Positions 9,574-17,851 of a DNA stretch of 64,000 nt are shown here, one piece after another. The position numbers and the translations under genes were made by a program. The notes under the pieces were generated by a model, which was not told where the DNA came from, searched no databases, and was given only the letters and a program-made list of their open reading frames with translations. The stretch is from Minisyncoccota bacterium (GTDB lineage: Bacteria; Patescibacteriota; Minisyncoccia; Phycocordibacterales; JABMNX01): the NCBI GenBank assembly GCA_965222715.1, contig OZ244961.1, positions 76,609 through 140,608 on the forward strand, given 5' to 3'. Each line of letters opens with the position of its first letter. The first letter of the stretch is position 1.

Positions 9574-11567
9574 TTCATGAATTTCTCATAGAGTCGGTCA
9601 TCGATAATCTCCTCTTTTCGAAGGAATTCAATATTAATAGGCTCAAGCAGTCCTTTATCAAAAAGGGAGGTCATTCTATCAAGTAAACCTATCCCCAAGT
9701 TATTATTTTTTGATAGATCTCTGTACAAAGGAATTCTTGTCTCCCTGTCTCCGTGGGTTAATTTCCTATGACACTCCGAACATATCCCCACCAGGTTTAG
9801 ATGGTGGTCAGGCCCATTATCTGTGGAGAAAGGAATAATATGATGAAATTCCAAATAGGGCTTATTGTTTTTGTTTTTAAAAGTCGTCTTTGTACAAACA
9901 TCGCACGGAATTAACCCAGTAGTCTCTTGCGTGAAATTTTTCAAGTAGTAATTTCTGAGATTCTTTATTAGTTCTGAACTTCTTGAATTAGATGCATCTC
10001 TTGAGATGAGTGCTGATAATTCCTCTAGATTTTTTACACTGTAGTCTACATCTTCGACCAGCAACTCCTCAAGATCAATTATTGGTTTATAAACCTCCTC
10101 TCTCAACATATCTTGTGTATTTGTCAGTACTTCCAGCAATTCTGTGGATGAGTATCCAAGTACTTTTTTAAAGTAGGGGAATATTGATATTCCTTTTTTT
10201 AGTACAGCTTGGCTAAGTTTAAAATCGAACTGTCCCACAATAAGACAAATTCTTATATAAACAAGAGCCAAAAGTAGGCCTTTATCAAAATTAATGATGT
10301 ATTTACCCCACCCATAGGTAATTTCCAAATCCTCTTCCAAATCCTTCCCCTTTACCTTCCTTTTATAATTTTTAGATATAAAATCTTTCCAGTCCGAGTA
10401 TTCTTTTTGATAACCTTCGTCAAGGTAGTTAACTAGAGTCTTATAGTTGTCGAGTGTAAAATCAAACCTCTCTTTGTTTGATATTTTGAAAATTGACCCG
10501 TTTTCGGTAGAGATTATTGCAGAAGGGTTTGTTCCAGAGTCTTTTTGCTGGTTGGTGATACCTAGGACGAATTTCTTTAATTCTTTTCTAAAATCTTCAT
10601 CTTTAATATCAGCTATGCGACCAAATTTTTCAATGATTTCTTTTGTCTCTTCAAATCCACCCTCAGTTTCATGCACTAATGTGGTCAAGTTATCAGTGTC
10701 TCTAGTTCTCGCTAGTATAAATTTATACCAATCAAGATCTAAGATTTTTCTTAGGTCCAATGCTTTTAGGAGATTAAAATAAGGATGAGTATTTATATCA
10801 AAATTCTCTACGGAATGCCCTGGTATTTCGCTAATGTTTTTTATGATGGTAAAAGGTGACTGTGAAAGCATCTTTATCTTTTGATGCTCCCACACAATAC
10901 AGACCTCATGAAAATTACCGTAAAGTACTGATTTACCAACTGGTGTTAATCTATAGAAACCACTAAGATCTGCGCGATCACGACCGAAGAAAAATCCATA
11001 GTAAAAAAATATTTGTCTCTCATTCCGTATTGTTGCTGGGAAGTCAGATACTTGAGTCCTTATATCTATATCCGTCATCCCATCTTTCTTCATAGTATCC
11101 TTAAGAATCCCCAAGACCTCATTATGTGTTTTGTGTTCATAAAGCAGTTCTTTAATTTGTTTTTTGTAACCCGCTTGTCCCCCTATATCCATTAGGTACA
11201 TGAAGTAATATTTCTTTGCTTCATTGAGATAGAGGATTTGATCTTTTTCATTTGCAAAACCACCTCTATCTTTTACATATTCATAAAACCTCATTACTCT
11301 TTTTTTGTCCCTAATGTCTACAGAATAGAAAAAGTCTCTTGCGGCTTCTTGCACTTCTTCTGGAAGTGATTGGATAAAGGAGTCAAAGTTCTTGATTATT
11401 TCCTCGTAGACATTGTCATGCAATGGATCATTAAAGAATATAAAGTAATAATAAACAAACCATTTTTTTAGGTACCAGAGGGTCCCAGCCTGGCTTTCCT
11501 TGGAGAATTCCATCGATTTGGTAATCCAATAGTTCCCCGGCAAGAGGTTTTGATTAAAGCTTTCCAT
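9570..11567 (-). CDS. HNH endonuclease, putative Type IIS-like restriction enzyme
   Basis: C-terminal CDVC..LEFHHIIP..DHHLNLVGICSECH; central YRLTPVG..HPYFNLLKAL resembles AlwI-type recognition domains; convergent with the MTases. Confidence 0.75.
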   Translation of the reverse strand: MESFNQNLLPGNYWITKSMEFSKESQAGTLWYLKKWFVYYYFIFFNDPLHDNVYEEIIKNFDSFIQSLPEEVQEAARDFFYSVDIRDKKRVMRFYEYVKDRGGFANEKDQILYLNEAKKYYFMYLMDIGGQAGYKKQIKELLYEHKTHNEVLGILKDTMKKDGMTDIDIRTQVSDFPATIRNERQIFFYYGFFFGRDRADLSGFYRLTPVGKSVLYGNFHEVCIVWEHQKIKMLSQSPFTIIKNISEIPGHSVENFDINTHPYFNLLKALDLRKILDLDWYKFILARTRDTDNLTTLVHETEGGFEETKEIIEKFGRIADIKDEDFRKELKKFVLGITNQQKDSGTNPSAIISTENGSIFKISNKERFDFTLDNYKTLVNYLDEGYQKEYSDWKDFISKNYKRKVKGKDLEEDLEITYGWGKYIINFDKGLLLALVYIRICLIVGQFDFKLSQAVLKKGISIFPYFKKVLGYSSTELLEVLTNTQDMLREEVYKPIIDLEELLVEDVDYSVKNLEELSALISRDASNSRSSELIKNLRNYYLKNFTQETTGLIPCDVCTKTTFKNKNNKPYLEFHHIIPFSTDNGPDHHLNLVGICSECHRKLTHGDRETRIPLYRDLSKNNNLGIGLLDRMTSLFDKGLLEPINIEFLRKEEIIDDRLYEKFMN

Positions 11568-11693
11568 TCTTGAAGATTAAGTCTTTTAACCCTCTTTTTC
11601 AAGGACTATTTTACTTATCGATATATAACCCTTATTATTTAGAAACAATTGAATAAAGACCTAACCCTCTTTTTTCGAGGTATGGTCGTAAAT

Positions 11694-11799
11694 CGTAAGC
11701 CACAAAGAACCCATCATTAGGGCGTGGCTTACGTTATAAGGGGAAACTCTTATAGGGTCGCAAGACCTCCTAGTGGTGGGCTTTTTGTTTCCCCACTAG
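11694..11799 (+). promoter_or_regulatory. Structured leader RNA with alternative pairings
   Basis: 10-bp and 19/20-bp overlapping helices, two GNRA tetraloop hairpins, G-U pairs that favour the + strand. Confidence 0.65.
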
Positions 11800-11822
11800 A
11801 TTATTAGCCAATAGCTAGATAT

Positions 11823-11963
11823 ATGGGAATAAAGAAAATATTTATAACTCTAGCAGTAGTGATTATTTGGGGGTTAATAATGTTCTATCAATTTGGTGGT
11901 TTCGGGAAATCATTTCTTGAGACTTGTAATCCTGACACAGGAGAATGTCAGCCACTAAAATGA
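11823..11963 (+). CDS. Small single-TM peptide (46 aa), not in the ORF track
   Basis: Hand-translated MGIKKIFITLAVVIIWGLIMFYQFGGFGKSFLETCNPDTGECQPLK*; ATGA overlap with the next ORF. Confidence 0.6.
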   Translation: MGIKKIFITLAVVIIWGLIMFYQFGGFGKSFLETCNPDTGECQPLK

Positions 11964-12157
11964 TAGATACATTCAAAGATACAAATAAAAGGCAATGTTA
12001 TTGTGATAACCCATCATGTCGGAAGTGTTTAATGACGAATTGTATTCAGGATAGTTGTCAGTATCATTCTCTCGAAAAGAAGTTGAAAGCAAGAAGTGAA
12101 GTAAGCGACCCTGTATACCAAACAGAAGTAAAAAGAATTCAGAAGATTTTGGAGTAA
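11960..12157 (+). CDS. Small Cys-rich, putative Zn-binding protein (65 aa)
   Basis: CYC-x4-CRKC-x4-C-x4-CQYH; coupled to the upstream peptide. Confidence 0.55.
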   Translation: MIDTFKDTNKRQCYCDNPSCRKCLMTNCIQDSCQYHSLEKKLKARSEVSDPVYQTEVKRIQKILE

Positions 12158-12810
12158 ATGTCGCTACACGCTACTGTTGCTTAGAAACTCTCTTGTATTG
12201 AAGTGGTCTATATTGAATCATTTCATTTCATAATGGTTTATTTTGGTATGTAGGCATTCGTATCTTGAGTTTTTATATCTAAAGTGGTGCAAAAGCACAC
12301 TCCTACAAAAAAGCTGGTCAGCTGTTTAAACGCTCAAAACACCAGCATACACTCCTTATAAAAGTTGTGGATAAGGATTTCATTATCTTTGAGGTTAAGG
12401 GTCTGCCTTGAGCCGCTTACACTCTCATATACAGCATAAAACCCTTTAAACGCTTTGTTTTAAAGGTACTTTATCTTTTTCTCGTAACTCGGTTAAAACG
12501 GAGTTAGAGTGTTTGTTCTCCACGAGCTTTGTTTGATACAGTAAATACAGGCACCTTAAAAATTACATAACTGCATATGTAGGTTGGCGATGACGGAGCT
12601 CTTTGAGCAAGTTAAAGGCCTTAATTACGAGCAGGGAATCATAAACGCTTTTGTTTGCGTACGGATTTTTTGTTTGTAATTGGGGCTTTTTTATTTTCAC
12701 CATTGTGGAAAAAAACTTACAAGAATTAATAGAGGATGAAGAAATTTCTCGAGTCATAGCTGAGTATGTTTCAGCAATCGAGAGTATTTTTGAGCATTCT
12801 CAAAAATCAT

Positions 12811-14562
12811 ATGAACAAGAAAAGAACGAAAAAGAGTGACTGGGGAGAGGGTGCGGCAGAGACAGATATATCTAGACCTCCACGAAAACTTCCATCAAAA
12901 AATAAAGACTTACTAAAATGGGCTAAAATGTACCACTCAAAAGGTCTGTCTATTATTCCTGTCCGTAGCGACAAGAAACCAACCATTACATCATGGAAGG
13001 AGTATCAGGAAAGGAAACCTACCGAGGAAGAAATACAGAAATGGTTTTCTGACTCTACTGTTACAGGCATTGCTGTCATCACAGGAAAAATCTCAGGAGT
13101 TGTGGTTATTGATTGTGAAAAAGACTTCGACTACTCGTTGGTCGATTTTCCTGAGACGGTTGTCTCTCGTACTGGAGGAGGGGGAAAACACTTCTTTTTC
13201 CGTTATCCAAAAAATATAAAAGTTGGAAACAAAACTCGCTTTTTGCCGAATGCTGATGTTCGTGGCGATGGAGGGTATGTACTCGTTCCTCCATCTTTGC
13301 ACTATTCGGGAGGAAGTTATGAGTGGGAGAAGGAATTTGATAGAGAAAATCTTACAGACTTGCCTGAGTGGTTTCTAAAGGAATCATCTCAGCCCAACAT
13401 CAAACCTCGTGTTGTTAGTGTTGCAGAAGGTCAGCGTAACCGAACGGCAACAGAAATCATCGGTAAGTTGGTTGCTCACCTTCCTGAAAGTGATTGGGAT
13501 TCGGTGGCACTTCCATTGCTGGAGGCATGGAACGAGACAAATATTCCACCAATGGGTATTGATGAGTTACAAAGGGTCTACACCTCAATTACCGAACGAG
13601 AGCAACGAAAACACACTTCTTCGTTCAAACCAATTTCTTTCCGTGAATTACAATCCCTGTCGTCTCAAAAAACAGATTGGTTGGTAGAAGACCTGTTTCC
13701 AAGCGGGAGTGTGAACATTCTCTCTGGTTACCCTGCAAGTTACAAAACATGGCTTTTGCTCCATATCGCTCTTTGTGTTTCCAAAGGTGTTCCTGTATTC
13801 GGCAAGTTTCAAGTGAAGCAAGGTAAAGTGCTTGTTGTTGATGAGGAGAACATACATAAACTCCTTTGCGAAAGATTAAGCAAGCTCGGTGTGTCTGAGG
13901 ATTCAGATATGAAACTTTCCGTATATGCAGGATTGAAACTTGATTCAAAGCACACTATAGAAGCACTCCGTGCCTATATACAGAAAGAGAAAATCTCTCT
14001 CGTGACCATAGATAGTTTGGTTCGTATTCACGACAAAGAAGAAAATGATGCAAAACAAATCTCTGACCTCTTCGCCTCTCTACGAAAACTTTCTGACACA
14101 GGGGTTACGGTCATCATTACACACCACAACAGAAAACCATCCGTGGGTAAATCTTCCATTAGTCACGACCTACGAGGGTCTTCGGACATTCTTGCTTCTG
14201 CAGACGGTCATATTGCTGTATCACGAAAAGAAAAAGAGAGAATCGTAAAGGTCTCCCAAAATAAAATGAGGTTTAAGGAAGAGACAGATCCTTTTGAGGT
14301 TGAGTTGGTCGAGAAAAATGGAATCGTTATACCAACCTACATTGGCGTCACTAGCTCATCAAGACCCAAGAGGGATGTTGCACGAGAAAGGGTTGTGGAA
14401 TTGGTGTCGTCAGGCACTGATACTAGAAAGGCTATCGTTGAAGCATTGAGTGGAGAGTGTGGTGTAGCAACGATTGATATCGTACTGAAAGAACTCGTGA
14501 ATAAAGGTCTGCTGTCGGTTTCCACAGAGGCAAACAACCTCAAGAGGTACAGCGTTCTGTAG
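12811..14562 (+). CDS. Bifunctional primase-polymerase fused to an AAA_25/RepA-like helicase and C-terminal wHTH
   Basis: Prim-Pol motifs VVIDCE, TGGGGKHFFF, DVRGDGGYVLVPPS; EGQRN (PriCT-like); Walker A GYPASYKT; TIDSL; HHNRK; LRGSS. Confidence 0.9.
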   Translation: MNKKRTKKSDWGEGAAETDISRPPRKLPSKNKDLLKWAKMYHSKGLSIIPVRSDKKPTITSWKEYQERKPTEEEIQKWFSDSTVTGIAVITGKISGVVVIDCEKDFDYSLVDFPETVVSRTGGGGKHFFFRYPKNIKVGNKTRFLPNADVRGDGGYVLVPPSLHYSGGSYEWEKEFDRENLTDLPEWFLKESSQPNIKPRVVSVAEGQRNRTATEIIGKLVAHLPESDWDSVALPLLEAWNETNIPPMGIDELQRVYTSITEREQRKHTSSFKPISFRELQSLSSQKTDWLVEDLFPSGSVNILSGYPASYKTWLLLHIALCVSKGVPVFGKFQVKQGKVLVVDEENIHKLLCERLSKLGVSEDSDMKLSVYAGLKLDSKHTIEALRAYIQKEKISLVTIDSLVRIHDKEENDAKQISDLFASLRKLSDTGVTVIITHHNRKPSVGKSSISHDLRGSSDILASADGHIAVSRKEKERIVKVSQNKMRFKEETDPFEVELVEKNGIVIPTYIGVTSSSRPKRDVARERVVELVSSGTDTRKAIVEALSGECGVATIDIVLKELVNKGLLSVSTEANNLKRYSVL

Positions 14563-14710
14563 TTTTTTGGTTTTTACCACTATATATATGAAAAAAACCA
14601 TTAAACCAAAGCATTTTTTCACCCCTCCTTAGATTTTGGAGGAATGTCTCCTAGGATAAATATAGGCCATTTTGGTCCACTTTAGTTCATTACAAGATTA
14701 ATAAAATCCT

Positions 14711-15460
14711 ATGAAGACAAAATGTATCGCTTATTGTCGGACCTCCACCGATAACCAAAAGGAGGAAAAAACTATTGAATTACAGGTTGAAAAACTAACG
14801 GAGTATGCAGAGCAGAACAATATTGAGATAGTCCGTTGGTTTAAGGATGACGGAGTAAGTGGTGGTCTTGAAGAACGACCTGCCCTTATGAGTCTCATGA
14901 AATTCCTTGAAACAAATATGGATGTAGAGGCAGTCCTAATCTACAAACTAGACCGACTTGCTCGAGACCTCTACATACAAGAAGGTCTTATACAGGAATT
15001 CACTAAGCTTAAACGAAGAGTCATATCTTCTATGGAATCTAACCTAGAGGGCAATGACCCATTTCGTAAAGCTTTTAGACAAATGCTCGGTATATTTTCT
15101 GAATTTGAGAAATCAATGATTACACTTCGGATGAAAAACGGCAGAGCCAGTTCGGTAGCAAAAGGTAATTGGCACGGAGGAAGCATCTACGGATACGATC
15201 ACGGAAAGAACGGAGAACTTATCATTAATAAAGCAGAATCGGAGGTCATCAAAAGGATTTGGCATCTAAAACGGTACAAACAGATGAATGCTTCTCAAAT
15301 CTCAAAAATCCTTAACGAAGAAAAAGTTCCAACAAAACGGAAAGATACAAAATGGTACCCACTTACCGTAAGGAAGATACTCAGAAATCCTATTTACCGA
15401 GGAGTCATTAGGTACAAAGGAAAAACTTATGAAGGAAATCACGAACCAATCCTCAAATAA
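14711..15460 (+). CDS. Serine recombinase (resolvase plus recombinase domains, no Zn ribbon)
   Basis: AYCRTST catalytic Ser, DDGVSG, KLDRLARD, ILRNPIYRG. Confidence 0.93.
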   Translation: MKTKCIAYCRTSTDNQKEEKTIELQVEKLTEYAEQNNIEIVRWFKDDGVSGGLEERPALMSLMKFLETNMDVEAVLIYKLDRLARDLYIQEGLIQEFTKLKRRVISSMESNLEGNDPFRKAFRQMLGIFSEFEKSMITLRMKNGRASSVAKGNWHGGSIYGYDHGKNGELIINKAESEVIKRIWHLKRYKQMNASQISKILNEEKVPTKRKDTKWYPLTVRKILRNPIYRGVIRYKGKTYEGNHEPILK

Positions 15461-16895
15461 TGAATTTCTAGCTTATGTTCGGGTAAGCTCGAGAGATCAA
15501 TCACGAGGGACATCTATTAAAGAACAGAAAGCTCACATCCAAAGGTATGTACACCAGAAAGGTTTTCGGGTTGTTAAGTATTACGAGGAGGTAGAATCTG
15601 CATCTAAAGCTGGAAGAGGTACTTTTGACACAATGATGAAAGACTTACGAGAAAATAAACATCAGGGGATTATATTTCACAAAGTTGATAGAAGCGCTAG
15701 AAACCCAAAAGACCAAGCTTTGCTTTATGAGCTTATGCAAGAGGGCTTTGAGTTACATTTCGTTGCGGAGAATCTATCAACTATTGATCCAATGGCGAGG
15801 AATATGATGTATATGCTCTGGGGTATGGCTTCTGGGTATAGTGAAAATCTAAAAGCAGAAATTAATAAAGGTCAGTTGGGTAGGTTAAAGCAGGGTCGCA
15901 ATCCTGCATATATTCCACTTGGGTACAAAAGAGCAGAAGAATGTAGAGCCGTTATTGATACAGACAAAGCACCCTTAATAAAAACTCTCTACGAGGATTA
16001 TGCTACTGGTCGTTACACAATGAAAACGATCGGAAAGAGGGCAAATAAAATCGGCTTAACCAATCGTCATGGTAATAAGGTTGATAAAAACGGAATAGAC
16101 AGAATACTCAGCAACACTTTTTACTACGGCCTCATCACTCATAAGAAAGGTATCTTCCCAGGTGAACATGAGCCACTTATATCAAAATCTCTTTATGACC
16201 GTGTTCAGTACATCAGAGAATTGAGGGGTTTTAAAAGAGAGGTGTCTCACAACTATATTTTTCAGGGGATGATGAAATGCCCCTGTTGTCATCAGCCGTT
16301 AAAATTAATGACATCAAAGAGAATATTCATCTACTACTATTGCAGAGAGAAAAGCTGTGACTTTAAAACTCTGCGAGAGGAATACGTCAGTCTCCTTATG
16401 CTACAGGAGTTAAGAAAGATAGAATTTAAGAATGAGGAACTCGAAGCGTTCAGGAAAGCACTAAACGCCTTTAAAAAAGTTGCAGAAAAATCCAGAGAAG
16501 AACAATCTCGTGTTATAGACCTTGAGCTAAAGAAGTTACGCTCTCGTCTCGATGACCTACTAAATAAATTTGTCGATGAAAAGATTGATGATGAAACCTA
16601 CAATCGAGCCCGAAAAGAGTTGCTTGATAGAGAGGTTATTCTTAAAGAAAGGAGAAGGGCTCTCGAGGATGGAGACAATAAAAAATTTGACCAAATTGAG
16701 AAACTCGGAAAACTACTTAAAAGTCCTTCCGTTGCTTACGAAAATGCTGATTCTATTGATAAAAGGAGGTTACTCAAAGTAATGGTGGAAAACCTTCACT
16801 TCGAGGGAGAAAAGCTTGTAATTAAATGGAAAAAGCCGTTTGACATGATAGCCAAACGACCTATTTCCGAAACTAGTGGAGATGGCGGGGATTGA
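15429..16895 (+). CDS. Large serine recombinase with Zn ribbon and coiled coil
   Basis: AYVRVSS, KVDRSARN, ILSNTFYYG, HEPLIS, CPCC..YYYC; stop lies inside ssrA on the opposite strand. Confidence 0.93.
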   Translation: MKEITNQSSNNEFLAYVRVSSRDQSRGTSIKEQKAHIQRYVHQKGFRVVKYYEEVESASKAGRGTFDTMMKDLRENKHQGIIFHKVDRSARNPKDQALLYELMQEGFELHFVAENLSTIDPMARNMMYMLWGMASGYSENLKAEINKGQLGRLKQGRNPAYIPLGYKRAEECRAVIDTDKAPLIKTLYEDYATGRYTMKTIGKRANKIGLTNRHGNKVDKNGIDRILSNTFYYGLITHKKGIFPGEHEPLISKSLYDRVQYIRELRGFKREVSHNYIFQGMMKCPCCHQPLKLMTSKRIFIYYYCREKSCDFKTLREEYVSLLMLQELRKIEFKNEELEAFRKALNAFKKVAEKSREEQSRVIDLELKKLRSRLDDLLNKFVDEKIDDETYNRARKELLDREVILKERRRALEDGDNKKFDQIEKLGKLLKSPSVAYENADSIDKRRLLKVMVENLHFEGEKLVIKWKKPFDMIAKRPISETSGDGGD

Positions 16896-17289
16896 ACCCG
16901 CGTCCATTGTTGGGTACATAGATGAGTCTACAGAGGGCTAGTTTATTTTAATCTGCCAATAGGCAGAGGTTAAACAGAGTGCGTAAAAAATAAACAAAAT
17001 CACACTATGCCGAGTTCCGTAGTTTAAAGATAGGTATTGGAACGGGTACCTACTCGAGATTAGTGGGTATAACACCACAGCGTTCATACTAATCAACTAA
17101 CCGTGTGGCGATCGCACCGCGAGCTTATGCTCGAGCGTATGCGAATTGGAAGTCACTCATCTTGAAAGGTGAGAGATTTCCGAGTGTAGATTTCTTTGCA
17201 TCTACAAGTTCTCAGTTTTTATAGCAGTACTGAGGCTACTCCCTTGCACATGTATATACGAATCAACAGTGTCGAAGCCAATCATCCCC
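16877..17289 (-). ncRNA. ssrA: tmRNA
   Basis: 5' GGGGATGATTGGCTTCGAC and 3' GCGGGTTCAATCCCCGCCATCTCCA; tag ORF AKKSTLGNLSPFKMSDFQFAYARA* at 17199-17125; adjacent to smpB. Confidence 0.95.
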
Positions 17290-17354
17290 CACCTTCAATC
17301 TCGTCGAAACCAGATTGAAGGTGGGGAAGGACTCGCCAGTTTTTTATTACTACA

Positions 17355-17807
17355 CTAACGATTCTCTTGTTTCAAAGTTCTCTCAATTGCTCGCTTACTC
17401 TCGCGACTTTTTATGGTTTCTCGTTTATCAAACTTCTTCTTACCTTTACCAATTGCGAGTTTTAGCTTCAATTTTCGCCCAGCATTATACACTGAAATTG
17501 GCACTATTGTCAATCCTTTCTGTGATTCTGCGCCAGCGAGTGTTCCTATCTCTTTTTTACTTAACAGTAGTCGCCGAGTCCGTTCAGGGTCGTAGTCTTT
17601 TGGTGTGTTTGAGGGTTGGTACGGTGGAATGGTTGCACCGACAAGAAATGCCTCATTATCACGCACCACCACATACGCACCTTCAAGACTCCCTAGCTTA
17701 TTACGGAGTGCTTTTACCTCAAAACCAAAAAGCTCCATCCCTGCCTCAAAGGTCTCAAGGAGTTCAAAATCAAATGATGCTTTTTTATTCCTAATTACAT
17801 CAGCCAT
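17355..17807 (-). CDS. smpB: SsrA-binding protein
   Basis: NKKASFDF..FEAGMEL, RTRRLLL, KGKKKFDKRE. Confidence 0.97.
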   Translation of the reverse strand: MADVIRNKKASFDFELLETFEAGMELFGFEVKALRNKLGSLEGAYVVVRDNEAFLVGATIPPYQPSNTPKDYDPERTRRLLLSKKEIGTLAGAESQKGLTIVPISVYNAGRKLKLKLAIGKGKKKFDKRETIKSRESKRAIERTLKQENR

Positions 17808-17851
17808 TGTGGCTTTATCTTACCTTATTTTAATGTATAATGGCACGACAT

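Larger units (their letters stand above)
7328..16880. mobile_element. Integrative element inserted at the tmRNA 3' end (two serine recombinases, primase-helicase, R-M cargo)
   Basis: Recombinase gene runs into ssrA; AGTGGA shared at 7328-7333 and 16875-16880; AT-rich cargo; left boundary inferred. Confidence 0.8.

Noticed and set aside
12651-12839. Small ORF upstream of the primase as an excisionase
   Set aside because: No recognisable HTH motif or clear start; left uncalled
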